A DNA stretch of 64,000 bases, from assembly GCA_012735465.1 (NCBI GenBank), contig JAAYHJ010000016.1, forward strand, positions 16,648 through 80,647. Direction: 5' to 3'. This stretch comes from Clostridiaceae bacterium (GTDB lineage: Bacteria > Bacillota > Clostridia > SK-Y3). Position numbers and translations under genes: made by a program. The notes under the pieces are model-generated. The model saw only the letters and a program-made list of their open reading frames with translations. It made no database searches and was not told where the DNA came from. Positions 36,096 to 46,010 of this stretch are shown here, in pieces (the stretch's first letter is position 1; each line of letters opens with the position of its first letter).

Positions 36096-37568
36096 TTATT
36101 CAACACCAAGCACCCGTATATAATCTACATACGGATCTGCTGTCCCCTGCAGTTGACAATGTTCTTCCTTTAGTATCTGTACATATTCAATAATCTCTTT
36201 TGTAATCCTTTCACCAGGACAGATCACAGGAATACCCGGTGGATATGCCATTATCATTTCTCCTGCAATTTCTCCTGCTGCTTCTTCTAACCTAACACTC
36301 TTTTTGCTGCTGTAAAATGCATCCCGCGGGCTTACAATATGCTTTGTTTTATAAGGAATCCGGGTAGAATTTTTTATTTCTTTTACTTCTGTACGGGCTG
36401 AGATGTCTTTTAATGCTCCAATCAATGCCAAAAGGTCTTCTTTGGTATCTCCGATAGTTACAACAGCCAGTATGTTATATAAATCCGACATTTCAATCTG
36501 GATATTGTACTCATTCCTCAGCTTTTTCTCCATTTCATATCCGGTATAGCCTAGTTTTCTTACATTGATCCCAAGCTTTGTCTCATCAAAATCATGGCAT
36601 CCCGGTGTACCAATTAATTCCTTACCAAAAGCATATAACCCGTCTATCTTATTAATTTCTTCCCTTGCCCAACGGACCAGCTCCAATGTTTTTTCAAGCA
36701 TCTCCGGACCCATGGTTGCCAACTGTTTACGCGCCACATCAAGAGATGCCATCAATACATAGGATGCGCTTGTCGTCTGCATCAAATTTATAACCTGCTT
36801 TGTTATTTCCGGCGAAACAAGATTCCCTCTGGTCAACAGTACAGAACTTTGTGTCATTGATCCTGCTGTCTTATGCAAACTAACCGCACTCATGTCGGCT
36901 CCTACTTCCATTGCAGTAAGCGGAAAATCATCATGAAAGGACATGTGCGCTCCATGGGCTTCATCTACCAATACCGCCATATTATTTCTATGGGCTATGC
37001 GTACAATCGCTTTCAAGTCCGATGTTACACCATAGTAGGTTGGATTAATTACAAAAACCGCTTTTGCATGAGGATGTTTTTTAATGGCCTTTTTTATTGA
37101 TTCTTCCGTAACACCCATAGCAATACCCAACTCTTCATTTATTTCCGGCTGGACATACACCGGTATGGCACCGCTTAATATAATACCACCTATAACGGAT
37201 TTATGCGCATTTCTGGGTACAATGATTTCGTCTCCCGGCTCACACACGCTCATGATCATTGCCTGTACTCCTGCAGTCGTACCATTGACCAGGAAATAGG
37301 CATTTTGAGCGCCAAATGACTGAGCACATAATTCTTCCGACTCACGTATCACCCCAATGGGATTGCTTGCATTATCCAAATCTTCCATACCATTAACATC
37401 CATTTCAAGTACCCTGTCCCCAACATATTGCCTGAATTCCTGCATACCTTTCCCGTGCTTATGGCCGGGTACATGAAAAGGGATTACTTTACTGTCAACA
37501 TATCTTTTTAACGCATCAAAAAGAGGTGTCTTTTGCTGATCAAGTCTCTTTATTTTCTCCACCCCCAA
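36096..37568 (-). CDS. speA: Arginine decarboxylase (Orn/Lys/Arg decarboxylase family, B. subtilis SpeA-like)
   Basis: 490 aa with close full-length resemblance to B. subtilis SpeA: PFHVPGHKHGKG, IVPRNAHKSVI, VSLHKTAGSMTQSS and YPPGIPVICPGE. The start codon is uncertain (TTG 37568 or GTG 37562). Confidence 0.8.
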   Translation of the reverse strand: MGVEKIKRLDQQKTPLFDALKRYVDSKVIPFHVPGHKHGKGMQEFRQYVGDRVLEMDVNGMEDLDNASNPIGVIRESEELCAQSFGAQNAYFLVNGTTAGVQAMIMSVCEPGDEIIVPRNAHKSVIGGIILSGAIPVYVQPEINEELGIAMGVTEESIKKAIKKHPHAKAVFVINPTYYGVTSDLKAIVRIAHRNNMAVLVDEAHGAHMSFHDDFPLTAMEVGADMSAVSLHKTAGSMTQSSVLLTRGNLVSPEITKQVINLMQTTSASYVLMASLDVARKQLATMGPEMLEKTLELVRWAREEINKIDGLYAFGKELIGTPGCHDFDETKLGINVRKLGYTGYEMEKKLRNEYNIQIEMSDLYNILAVVTIGDTKEDLLALIGALKDISARTEVKEIKNSTRIPYKTKHIVSPRDAFYSSKKSVRLEEAAGEIAGEMIMAYPPGIPVICPGERITKEIIEYVQILKEEHCQLQGTADPYVDYIRVLGVE

Positions 37569-37649
37569 AGTGAAAACCTATCATTTAATTTTTGACATAA
37601 TTAATATGATAATGCATATTAAAAGAAAATTCAAGTATAATCCACATTA

Positions 37650-37676
37650 AAAAAAGCACCCAAAGGGGCACTTTTT
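37650..37676 (-). terminator. Possible terminator after spoIIR
   Basis: Minus strand AGUGCCCC-UUU-GGGUGCU (includes G-U pairs) followed by T7. Confidence 0.4.
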
Positions 37677-38325
37677 ATTTTGTTCCGTTCAAGGCGGTTT
37701 GAATTTTAATTTTTGAATTTTGCCACCATTCAACTACTTTAAATTTAATCTGCACAGGTATCTCATCTTCTTTATTTGCCGACGTAATGATTTTGTATTC
37801 TTCTTCGGACAGAACATTTTTTAATCTTTGCTTTGACTCTTCCGGCATTTCTCCATGGGTGGCATCCACAAAACATAGTGGCGGGAAAAGAACACACCAC
37901 CAGTTTTCTCCTTCCCCTTCTCCTATTACAATACGAAGCGCCTCATACTTTCCAGCAGGAAGTGTAATCTCTCCATATACTTTTGTGGGGAAGGGATAAT
38001 TCCCTAGTGAAACGCTAACCGGATAATCCTTATTGCTCTTACGTATTTCATCCCGAGCAATTTCTTCAATTCTTTGCATATTATCCCGTATTATTTTTTT
38101 TGTACTTTCAATATCATCGGATACCTCAAATTGTTCCTGCATTTCTTTAATGATTCTGTCCCTTACACGATGTTTTAATTCCTGGTCTTCTGCCGAATTA
38201 CTATTTGCTACTACATGAAACCGGACCAAATTATGTGCTAAGTCTGCTTGTACAGCATTTGAGTAAGTACTAACAAAAAGAGTAATTATTATTCCAATTG
38301 CAATTGCCAATAATGCTTTTTTCAT
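37675..38325 (-). CDS. spoIIR: Stage II sporulation protein R (pro-sigmaE processing signal)
   Basis: 216 aa with a signal/anchor, LVRFHVVANSNSAEDQELKHRVRD and NWWCVLFPPLCF motifs. Confidence 0.9.
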   Translation of the reverse strand: MKKALLAIAIGIIITLFVSTYSNAVQADLAHNLVRFHVVANSNSAEDQELKHRVRDRIIKEMQEQFEVSDDIESTKKIIRDNMQRIEEIARDEIRKSNKDYPVSVSLGNYPFPTKVYGEITLPAGKYEALRIVIGEGEGENWWCVLFPPLCFVDATHGEMPEESKQRLKNVLSEEEYKIITSANKEDEIPVQIKFKVVEWWQNSKIKIQTALNGTK

Positions 38326-38402
38326 TTTAATTCCCCCTATTCTGCCTATACCTTAAGTATTAACATAAATAAGGGAAATCATACACAAAAAGCATTAAAA
38401 TT

Positions 38403-39155
38403 TTACGATATCTGTTTATTTTTCAAATACTGCCTGGCATAAAGAAGATGGGACATTTTATCAACATCATTTGCCAATTCAGGATAATTACTTATGATTG
38501 CTTTTGCTTCAATACCGAATATTTGGGAAAATCTTTTTTCCGCATGCATTATAGTCAATCTTCTCGTCAAAAGAAGGACCAATATCTCCCATCCCAGCAC
38601 CCTGGCCATCTTAAACACATTTTTTCTATAAGCAATCAGCTTTTGTGCCTGATCACAACACTTATTCAGCACTTTAGGATTAACATAAAATAAATTGCCT
38701 CCTGTAAAAGTGCCCTCTTTCATTCGTGTATATGTTCGTTCTATACCAGGGAACATTGCTTCATTTAATGATTTCTCAATAATGGGATAGCAAAAATCTG
38801 CCTTTGTATGCTCACAGCGTATAAGAAAATCCTCAAGGCTTTCAACGGTCAGCATCGGTACGTCGGATGTACAAATCAGTATATTTCTATTTAAACCCAG
38901 GTGTTTTGCCCCCTGCATCACGTTTTCAATAATTGAACCCCTGCCGTCAATAACCTCATCAACCATTTCACCAAGCAGCGGATATAACACCTCATAGGGA
39001 CCTACAACTCCAATTCTATCAATCATTTTGCAATTCTTCATCACGCTTATTATATACTGAATCATTGGCTTGCCGTTAATATCCACTATCCCTTTTACCC
39101 TTGTCCCAAAATGGCTGTTATGGTCTTCTCCGGCAAGGATGAGCGCATTTACCAA
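38403..39155 (-). CDS. Nucleotidyltransferase-domain protein (MobA-like NTP transferase family)
   Basis: 250 aa, TTG start with RBS GGAGGT. The N-terminus ALILAGEDHNS...DINGKPMIQYII is typical of sugar/MobA-type nucleotidyltransferases. Confidence 0.5.
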   Translation of the reverse strand: MVNALILAGEDHNSHFGTRVKGIVDINGKPMIQYIISVMKNCKMIDRIGVVGPYEVLYPLLGEMVDEVIDGRGSIIENVMQGAKHLGLNRNILICTSDVPMLTVESLEDFLIRCEHTKADFCYPIIEKSLNEAMFPGIERTYTRMKEGTFTGGNLFYVNPKVLNKCCDQAQKLIAYRKNVFKMARVLGWEILVLLLTRRLTIMHAEKRFSQIFGIEAKAIISNYPELANDVDKMSHLLYARQYLKNKQIS

Positions 39156-39159
39156 TTCT

Positions 39160-39837
39160 TTATACCTCCGTTCTCAATGAGTTAATCATTATCCTTTTTT
39201 GATGCTTTACATGCTCATAGGCAAGCTCTCCGGCTAACTTGGCATCACCTGTTTCAATTGCTTGACAAATATCATTATGTTCTTTTACAAGCTCTTTCGG
39301 GCTGCTATAATCCTTCAGATAAACAACTCTAAAACGGTGTATCTGCTCTTTTAAGTTCCTGGCAATATGAACTAATTTTTCATTCCTGGAAGCATTATAT
39401 ATAAGTTCATGAAACTCCACATCCTTTTTAATAAGACCCTGAACATTATTTTTTTCCATGTATTGTGCAAACTGTCTTGCTATATTTTTCAAATCCCTTA
39501 ACTCGTCCTTTTTTATTCTTTGAGCTGCCAGTTCCGAGGCCAAACTATCCAAAGCACCTCTTACTTCCAGCACGTCCACCAAATCTTTCAACGATAATTC
39601 GGCCACATAGGCACCCTTCCTGGGAACCATGGTCACCAGGCCTTCTAATTCCAATTTTCTAATCGCCTCGCGAACAGGTGTTCTGCTTACGCCCATTTTT
39701 TCCGCAAACTGAATTTCCATCAACCGTTCACCGGGTTTTAATTCACCCATGATAATTGCTTCTCTTAATGAATCAAAAATTATTTCTCTTAGCGGTTTAT
39801 AATCATTAAAATTTACTTTTGATAGTTTACCTGCCAT
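39160..39837 (-). CDS. GntR-family transcriptional regulator (FadR/FCD subfamily)
   Basis: 225 aa with wHTH GELKPGERLMEIQFAEKMGVSRTPVREAIRKLELEGLV plus a helical FCD domain. Confidence 0.88.
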   Translation of the reverse strand: MAGKLSKVNFNDYKPLREIIFDSLREAIIMGELKPGERLMEIQFAEKMGVSRTPVREAIRKLELEGLVTMVPRKGAYVAELSLKDLVDVLEVRGALDSLASELAAQRIKKDELRDLKNIARQFAQYMEKNNVQGLIKKDVEFHELIYNASRNEKLVHIARNLKEQIHRFRVVYLKDYSSPKELVKEHNDICQAIETGDAKLAGELAYEHVKHQKRIMINSLRTEV

Positions 39838-39842
39838 AAGTT

Positions 39843-40718
39843 TTACCTCTCTCTACCATTACTATTATATGTATTCACTATAAAAATATCACTTGCCACC
39901 TTCTCCAGTCTACTAACCGCTTTTCTTGCCGATACCTTATCTTCAAAAACTCCAAAAACGGTGGGGCCGCTGCCGCTCATAATGGCCCCTAACGCCCCAC
40001 TGTCCAACATAATTCTTTTTATCGTATTTATAACAGGATGCCGCTTGGCAGTCACTTCTTCCAGAACATTATACATACCTTTTGCAATGGATTTAACATC
40101 CTGATTGTAAATTGCATGAATAACACCTTCCGTGTCCGGTCTGGCCATAATAGTGTTAATGTTTAACTGTTTATACACGCTGGCTGTAGATACACTGACA
40201 GGCGGTTTGGCCAGCACCATCAACATATTGGGTATGGGTGGAAGAGGCGTTAGAACATCGCCGATTCCTTCCGCCAATGCTGTACCCCCTAAAATACAGT
40301 AGGGGACATCCGCACCCAATTTTTTACCCATTTCCATAAGCTGCTCCGTCTTCAATCCTGTGCCATACATCTTATTCATAGCCACCAAAACCGCTGCTGC
40401 ATTGGTACTTCCGCCTGCCAGCCCTGCTGAAACCGGAATGTTTTTCTTAATATTTATCCTTATCCCTTCATTTTCAATGCCTAAGGTATCAAAAAATAAT
40501 CTTGCTGCCTTATAAGCAATGTTTTTTTTATTAACAGGCAGATAGGGCAGGTTGGTCTTAAGTTCAATCCCATGTGCAATCTTTTCCAGGTACAGTACGT
40601 CATATAAATCTATCGTTTGCATAATCATTCTTATATTATGGTAACCATCATCTCTCTTGTTTACAACATCAAGGGTAATATTAACCTTGGCTCTTGACTT
40701 TATCTCCATTTTATTCAT
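39843..40718 (-). CDS. ispE: 4-diphosphocytidyl-2-C-methyl-D-erythritol kinase
   Basis: 291 aa, GHMP kinase with KVNITLDV and PVSAGLAGGSTNAAAVL. Confidence 0.93.
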   Translation of the reverse strand: MNKMEIKSRAKVNITLDVVNKRDDGYHNIRMIMQTIDLYDVLYLEKIAHGIELKTNLPYLPVNKKNIAYKAARLFFDTLGIENEGIRINIKKNIPVSAGLAGGSTNAAAVLVAMNKMYGTGLKTEQLMEMGKKLGADVPYCILGGTALAEGIGDVLTPLPPIPNMLMVLAKPPVSVSTASVYKQLNINTIMARPDTEGVIHAIYNQDVKSIAKGMYNVLEEVTAKRHPVINTIKRIMLDSGALGAIMSGSGPTVFGVFEDKVSARKAVSRLEKVASDIFIVNTYNSNGRER

Positions 40719-40816
40719 TATTCCACCGCCCTACCTCATTAATAATAATTATATACAAAATACTGTATACTTTAAAGCCCTATCTGTATAATTTGTTGAA
40801 GTAAATATCAAATATG

Positions 40817-42475
40817 TCATATTTCCACTACTATCGGGAGTATCATAGGGTTTCTTTTTATTCTGCTATACAGGTATTCCTTTAATACATTTTTTACAAT
40901 AAGCTTCATCGTACTCCAGTCCTTCCCTTCATACTGCAAAAGGGCATTATAGGTCGTTTTCCTCATTTTTTCAATCAGTTCTTCCGATTCCCTTACATAT
41001 ACAAATCCTCTGGATATGATATCCGGCTCTGATATTAATGTACCGTATTCCTTTTCAATGGTTATTACAACAATGACCAATCCGTCCTGCGATAAGAGCT
41101 TCCTGTCCCTGAGCACTATATTGCCCACATCTCCTACCCCAAGTCCATCTATAAGCACTTTGCCTGCAGATACCTTGCCGGTAACCTTCGCACTCACTTC
41201 ATCCAATTCCAAAACATCCCCAATGCTCATAACAAATATGTTTTCCTCAGGTATACCTGTCTTATGGGCAAGATAGGCGTGCTGTTTTAAGTGCCTGTAT
41301 TCACCATGCACCGGCATAAAAAATTTTGGTTTTACCAGGCTCTGTATTAATTTCAATTCTTCCTGGCAGGCATGGCCTGAAACATGTATCTCTGCCAGCG
41401 ACTTATATATTACATTGGCCCCCTTTTCAAATAACTGGTTAATAACCCTTGCCACGGTTTTTTCATTGCCGGGTATGGGTGTTGCTGAAATTACCACCAG
41501 GTCGCCGGGAATGATTTCCACATGCCTATGGGTGGATGATGCCATTCTTGTCAGTGCGGACATGGTTTCCCCCTGGCTTCCTGTAGTGATTATCATCAAT
41601 TTATCGGGCTGATACTTATTAATATCATTTATATCAATCATTGTCCCTTTAGGCACATTTAAGTAGCCCAGTTTTAATGCCAGGTTTACTACGTTTACCA
41701 TGCTTTTTCCGCAAAAGGCTACTTTACGGCCATATCTAACTGCTGAATTAATAACTTGCTGCACCCTATGAATATTTGATGCAAAAGTTGCCACAATTAT
41801 ACGGCCCTCTGCATCGGCAAACATCTCATCAAAAGCTTTGCCCACTGTTTTTTCAGACATGGTATACCCTTCCCGTTCCACATTTGTACTATCGGACATT
41901 AAAAGAAGCACCCCTTGTCTGCCTAATTCTGCAAATCGAGCCAAATCAATAGGGGCGCCTTGTATGGGGGTATAATCTATTTTAAAATCAGACGTATGTA
42001 CCACAATACCTACCGGGGTATGTATGGCCAGTGATACCGCATCTGCAATGCTATGACAGGAATTGATAAATTCTACATTAAATACCCCCAACTTGATAAC
42101 TTGCCCCTGTTCAACAGTTCTTAGAATTGCACCGGATGCCATTCCATGTTCTTCCAGTTTTATTTCCAATAATCCAAGGGTAAGCTTTGTACCATAAATA
42201 GGAACATTTATTTCTTTCAATATATAAGGAATTGCTCCGATATGATCTTCATGTCCATGCGTCAGGATTATCCCCCTTATTTTTCCCTTTTTATCTTTTA
42301 AATAGGTAATGTCAGGAATTACTAAATCAATACCCATCATATCATCTTCGGGAAAAGCAACTCCGCAATCAACTATAATTATTTCTTCATCATACTCAAA
42401 CAAAGTAATATTTTTACCTATTTCTCCAAGGCCACCAAGCGGTATAACCCTGAGTTTCTTTTTCTTCTTTGCCAT
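40817..42475 (-). CDS. rnj: Ribonuclease J
   Basis: MAKKKKKLRVIPLGGLGEIGKN..., metallo-beta-lactamase THGHEDHIGA, beta-CASP and C-terminal domains. Start at ATG 42475 (RBS GGAGGT). Confidence 0.93.
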   Translation of the reverse strand: MAKKKKKLRVIPLGGLGEIGKNITLFEYDEEIIIVDCGVAFPEDDMMGIDLVIPDITYLKDKKGKIRGIILTHGHEDHIGAIPYILKEINVPIYGTKLTLGLLEIKLEEHGMASGAILRTVEQGQVIKLGVFNVEFINSCHSIADAVSLAIHTPVGIVVHTSDFKIDYTPIQGAPIDLARFAELGRQGVLLLMSDSTNVEREGYTMSEKTVGKAFDEMFADAEGRIIVATFASNIHRVQQVINSAVRYGRKVAFCGKSMVNVVNLALKLGYLNVPKGTMIDINDINKYQPDKLMIITTGSQGETMSALTRMASSTHRHVEIIPGDLVVISATPIPGNEKTVARVINQLFEKGANVIYKSLAEIHVSGHACQEELKLIQSLVKPKFFMPVHGEYRHLKQHAYLAHKTGIPEENIFVMSIGDVLELDEVSAKVTGKVSAGKVLIDGLGVGDVGNIVLRDRKLLSQDGLVIVVITIEKEYGTLISEPDIISRGFVYVRESEELIEKMRKTTYNALLQYEGKDWSTMKLIVKNVLKEYLYSRIKRNPMILPIVVEI

Positions 42476-42803
42476 AATTACCTCCAAATAACTGTTAACA
42501 TGCTTTACCATAAACCGTTATGCATTTCAACGAAGCAAAAAAAAATCCTTGCCACCTTAATACTCACCCTCTGCAAAGGCAGGCACATATTTAACACTAC
42601 GTTTTATTTTAACATAAATTAATATAACAATATTATTTTCCTTACGCCAAAAAAACTAATTTATATTTATGGGATGTCTCTTAACATATTATTTTCTTAT
42701 CCATTCTAATTTTTCTTACGTCCATGTTAAAAATGTATTTCATTTATTAATAAACTCATATATAATAAAAACAACTGGATATTAATAACAAGGGGGGGTA
42801 GTT

Positions 42804-43325
42804 TTGTTTTATAATGCAAAGGATATTGTAAAATCAGGCATGTTTCTTGCACTTGGAGTACTTATAACTTATACTTTTCATTTAACAGGTATTGCAGCAA
42901 AAGCTCTTCTTCCGATGCATATTCCTGTTTTGCTCTGTGGCTTCATTGTCGGCCCCCAATATGGACTTATTGTGGGTTTTTTAACCCCTTTATTAAACAG
43001 CCTGTTGACAGGTATGCCCCAAATATATCCCTCGGGTATCTCGATGTCTCTTGAGCTTGCAACCTATGGGTTGGTATCAGGGTGGATGTATAAAGTCAGA
43101 AATAAAAACATAATGATATCTTTGATTGTCTCCATGCTTTCAGGAAGAATTGTACTGGGGATAGCAAACTATATACTTTTAGGATTTTCAGGAAAGCAAT
43201 ATTTGTTTCAGGCATTTTTAATGTCTGCTTTTGTAAATGTTATCTGGGGGATAGCCATACAATTAATTATCATCCCTTTAGTGGTAAAAGCAGTTGAAAA
43301 ACAAAGGGAAGCATCTAAAAATTAA
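42804..43325 (+). CDS. ECF-transporter S (substrate-capture) component, substrate unknown
   Basis: 173 aa, 5-6 TM, TTG start with RBS GGGGGGG. The LLPMHIPVLLCGFIVGPQYG...MSLELATYG pattern is that of ECF S components. No riboswitch is evident upstream. Confidence 0.6.
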   Translation: MFYNAKDIVKSGMFLALGVLITYTFHLTGIAAKALLPMHIPVLLCGFIVGPQYGLIVGFLTPLLNSLLTGMPQIYPSGISMSLELATYGLVSGWMYKVRNKNIMISLIVSMLSGRIVLGIANYILLGFSGKQYLFQAFLMSAFVNVIWGIAIQLIIIPLVVKAVEKQREASKN

Positions 43326-43942
43326 GAGCTTCCCCCATCATACAACGCTTTTTTTGCAAGCAAATCAACCTCTTCATTGTATTTGTCTCCGCTATGGGAT
43401 TTAACCTTGACAAAGCATACTTCAAGCTTGCCCCTTATTCCTTCATAGTATTGTTTATATTTTTTAGTTGATTCCTTGTTGGTTTTCCATTTGCCGGTAC
43501 ACCATTTTTCAATACCTTCATAATCATAATACAGATAAAGGGTTTTAACACCATGCTGTACAGCTATGTCCATTGCTTTCATTGCAGCTTCGATTTCACC
43601 GGCCACATTTCTCATTTCTACGGCTTCACTGTTTTGGCCCTTATCATAAAGTAAACCTTTTTTTCCCTTAAGGAAATATATAATCCCGTAACCATAACAG
43701 TTTTTTTCAGCATCAAAACTGCCGTCAACGTAGGCAATCATTTCATCGTCCTTTAATTCATTTATTCTTTGGACAATATATTCTTGTTCATCCTCTAAAA
43801 ACCTTTTTGCATCATCAATGTTTCCAAAGCTTTTATATATGGCACCCGAATACCCTTTTGTCGCTTTTTCACATTCTGCCCAGCTGGAGAATATTCCTGT
43901 TTCTCTGCCCTTTTTTACTGCATAGTATTTGTTTTTTGCCAT
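43322..43942 (-). CDS. rnhA: Ribonuclease HI with N-terminal hybrid-binding (RNase H1 N-terminal/caulimovirus-type) domain
   Basis: 206 aa: KYYAVKKGRETGIFSSWAECEKATKGYSGAIYKSF followed by an RNase H fold (IAYVDGS...HSGDKYNEEVDLLAK). Confidence 0.85.
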   Translation of the reverse strand: MAKNKYYAVKKGRETGIFSSWAECEKATKGYSGAIYKSFGNIDDAKRFLEDEQEYIVQRINELKDDEMIAYVDGSFDAEKNCYGYGIIYFLKGKKGLLYDKGQNSEAVEMRNVAGEIEAAMKAMDIAVQHGVKTLYLYYDYEGIEKWCTGKWKTNKESTKKYKQYYEGIRGKLEVCFVKVKSHSGDKYNEEVDLLAKKALYDGGSS

Positions 43943-44196
43943 AATGTTTTACTCCCATCACCTTCTATACGATAAGCTAAAAGAACCCGCTTATGACCTT
44001 TATTATGCCATCTAAATGAGCAGTATTAAACTTGTTCTCACATAATAATATAGCATTAAGCCAAATTATTCAATATAAGGCTTATTCTTTTATTGACTTG
44101 AATCATTCTATGTTTCTATATATTAGATATGGGTATATTAAAAATGATGTACCATTTGCAGAAATAAAAGATTCAGGTTTTTTGGAGGACATATGA

Positions 44197-44826
44197 ATGA
44201 AGATTATGAAATACTTATACAAAGGATTTTTATCTATTTTTAATTATCCCTATATTCCAAAGGAGATTATTAAGGATATCAAGGGACCTTTATTATTGCA
44301 TATAAGTGATACGCCAATGGTAAGCTACAATTATATATTTAGAGTAATAAAAATTCTAAAGCCTCAATATATCATACACACCGGTGATTTGGTAGATAAT
44401 ATAAAACTGGAAATATATAGAAATAGGGTTGAACAATATGAAACGGAAGTCGAATTGCTCATAAGAGGGTTGGAAAAGAATGAATCAACAAAAATATTTT
44501 ATGTATTGGGTAACCATGATGATTATAAAACCGTCAGTCAATTGATAAACCGAGGTGAAATAATTCAGGAGGGGGAACTCCTGTCAATAGAGGAATGCAA
44601 ATTTGTGGTAGGCCATTACCCCAAGGATTATTCATACGATGTAGATTTTTACCTTTATGGTCATAGTTTTTATCCCAAACATCACATTAAAAATGGTACT
44701 ACCGGTCTCAATGGACTACTAAATATAAATGTAATAGATCTATCAACCAAGGAGGTGTTCCATATTAATTATCCAATAGGTACGGACAGCTCAAGACGTA
44801 TGAAATTTAATAAGTTTGGCTTATAA
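44197..44826 (+). CDS. Calcineurin-like metallophosphoesterase (209 aa)
   Basis: Motifs LLLHISDTP, IIHTGDLVDN, VLGNHDD, VGHYP and LYGHS. RBS GGAGGA 7 nt upstream. Confidence 0.75.
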   Translation: MKIMKYLYKGFLSIFNYPYIPKEIIKDIKGPLLLHISDTPMVSYNYIFRVIKILKPQYIIHTGDLVDNIKLEIYRNRVEQYETEVELLIRGLEKNESTKIFYVLGNHDDYKTVSQLINRGEIIQEGELLSIEECKFVVGHYPKDYSYDVDFYLYGHSFYPKHHIKNGTTGLNGLLNINVIDLSTKEVFHINYPIGTDSSRRMKFNKFGL

Positions 44827-44880
44827 CACTGTGGAACACATCTTTTTAATATTTCGTTATAAAAGAAAGGGGGGATAGGT

Positions 44881-45885
44881 ATGCTTTTATTCAGGAGGGG
44901 GCCACGTATTTTGTTTTTAAGAAGCAGATATATAGACGACATAACAGATTTCTTAATAACAACATTTAATGGCGAAATATTCGAATTCATGGACGGAATG
45001 AAAAGGGCTACGGAAAACAGTACAATTTGCTTTATAACAGGCATTGGTCTTGACAAACCTCGTGTGAAGGACGCTAAAAAAATAGTACTTATTAATGATG
45101 ATGCCTTTGTAATACTGTCTTCAATCATCAATAACCATGTATGTAATCTTTTTAATAAGGTTGATATAGGACCTGCAACAATTGTTATGCGTGTACCCGT
45201 ACCCGGCAATGAACAAAAATTAATTGACAAGATTAAAGAGGTCTTTAATGCCAAGGAAGTTGACCTGATTGAAGGAATCGACATAGGTGGAAAGGATGAT
45301 ACGATAATTGCCTTTACTTACAAGGTACTCAGCGGTCCGGTCACTGACTTTTTGGACACCAAGTTGCTAATCCCACAGCCTGGCAGATTGGTCCGGGGTA
45401 AGCTGCGGTTAGAAGGACTAAGGTTTATTACACAAAGCCTGGATGACAGTCAATGGTATGAACTTAGAATTAACATTTATGATTCAACAGGAAGGTATAA
45501 GGAAAACTATGACCGGCTGATGTTTGTATTGTCAAAGCTTGAAATAGGAATGATACTAGGCGAAAGCTGGACCAAGGACTACGCTGTCATGCTATATTCA
45601 GTTTTGACCTATCAGGTGAGATTGTTCACATTTTCTAAACCGGAAGACATAAAAAAGATATTGATGGCACTGGAATATTCTGCTGACGGAACCAGGTTGG
45701 TAGATTTCGACTTATATTATAAGAACAGGAAAATTCATTGGAGTGAAGTTAATAAAGTTAAGAGTAAAAAAAGCAAAATTGAAGAAGTAGTAGAGTATAG
45801 AAAAAAACTGTATGAAATGCTGAATGAAGAGGATATAAAGACATTGGAAGATATGGAAAAGCACTTATTATTAAAAAAAGCATAG
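44881..45885 (+). CDS. Hypothetical 334-aa soluble protein, family not recognisable by eye
   Basis: RBS AAAGGGGGGA. No TM. K/E-rich helical tail. Co-directional with the phosphoesterase (54-nt gap) and followed by a strong terminator. Confidence 0.6.
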   Translation: MLLFRRGPRILFLRSRYIDDITDFLITTFNGEIFEFMDGMKRATENSTICFITGIGLDKPRVKDAKKIVLINDDAFVILSSIINNHVCNLFNKVDIGPATIVMRVPVPGNEQKLIDKIKEVFNAKEVDLIEGIDIGGKDDTIIAFTYKVLSGPVTDFLDTKLLIPQPGRLVRGKLRLEGLRFITQSLDDSQWYELRINIYDSTGRYKENYDRLMFVLSKLEIGMILGESWTKDYAVMLYSVLTYQVRLFTFSKPEDIKKILMALEYSADGTRLVDFDLYYKNRKIHWSEVNKVKSKKSKIEEVVEYRKKLYEMLNEEDIKTLEDMEKHLLLKKA

Positions 45886-45926
45886 CCTTTTAATACTTTC
45901 ACACATAATTCATTATAAAAAAACAT

Positions 45927-45972
45927 AAGCTTGGGATTGCTTGATATTCAAAGCTTCCCAAGCTTTTTTTTA
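45927..45972 (+). terminator. Rho-independent terminator
   Basis: aagcttggga...tcccaagctt: 10-bp perfect stem followed by T8. Confidence 0.8.
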
Positions 45973-46010
45973 TTTACCAATAATCAAAGAATTATATGTT
46001 CAATGATTGA

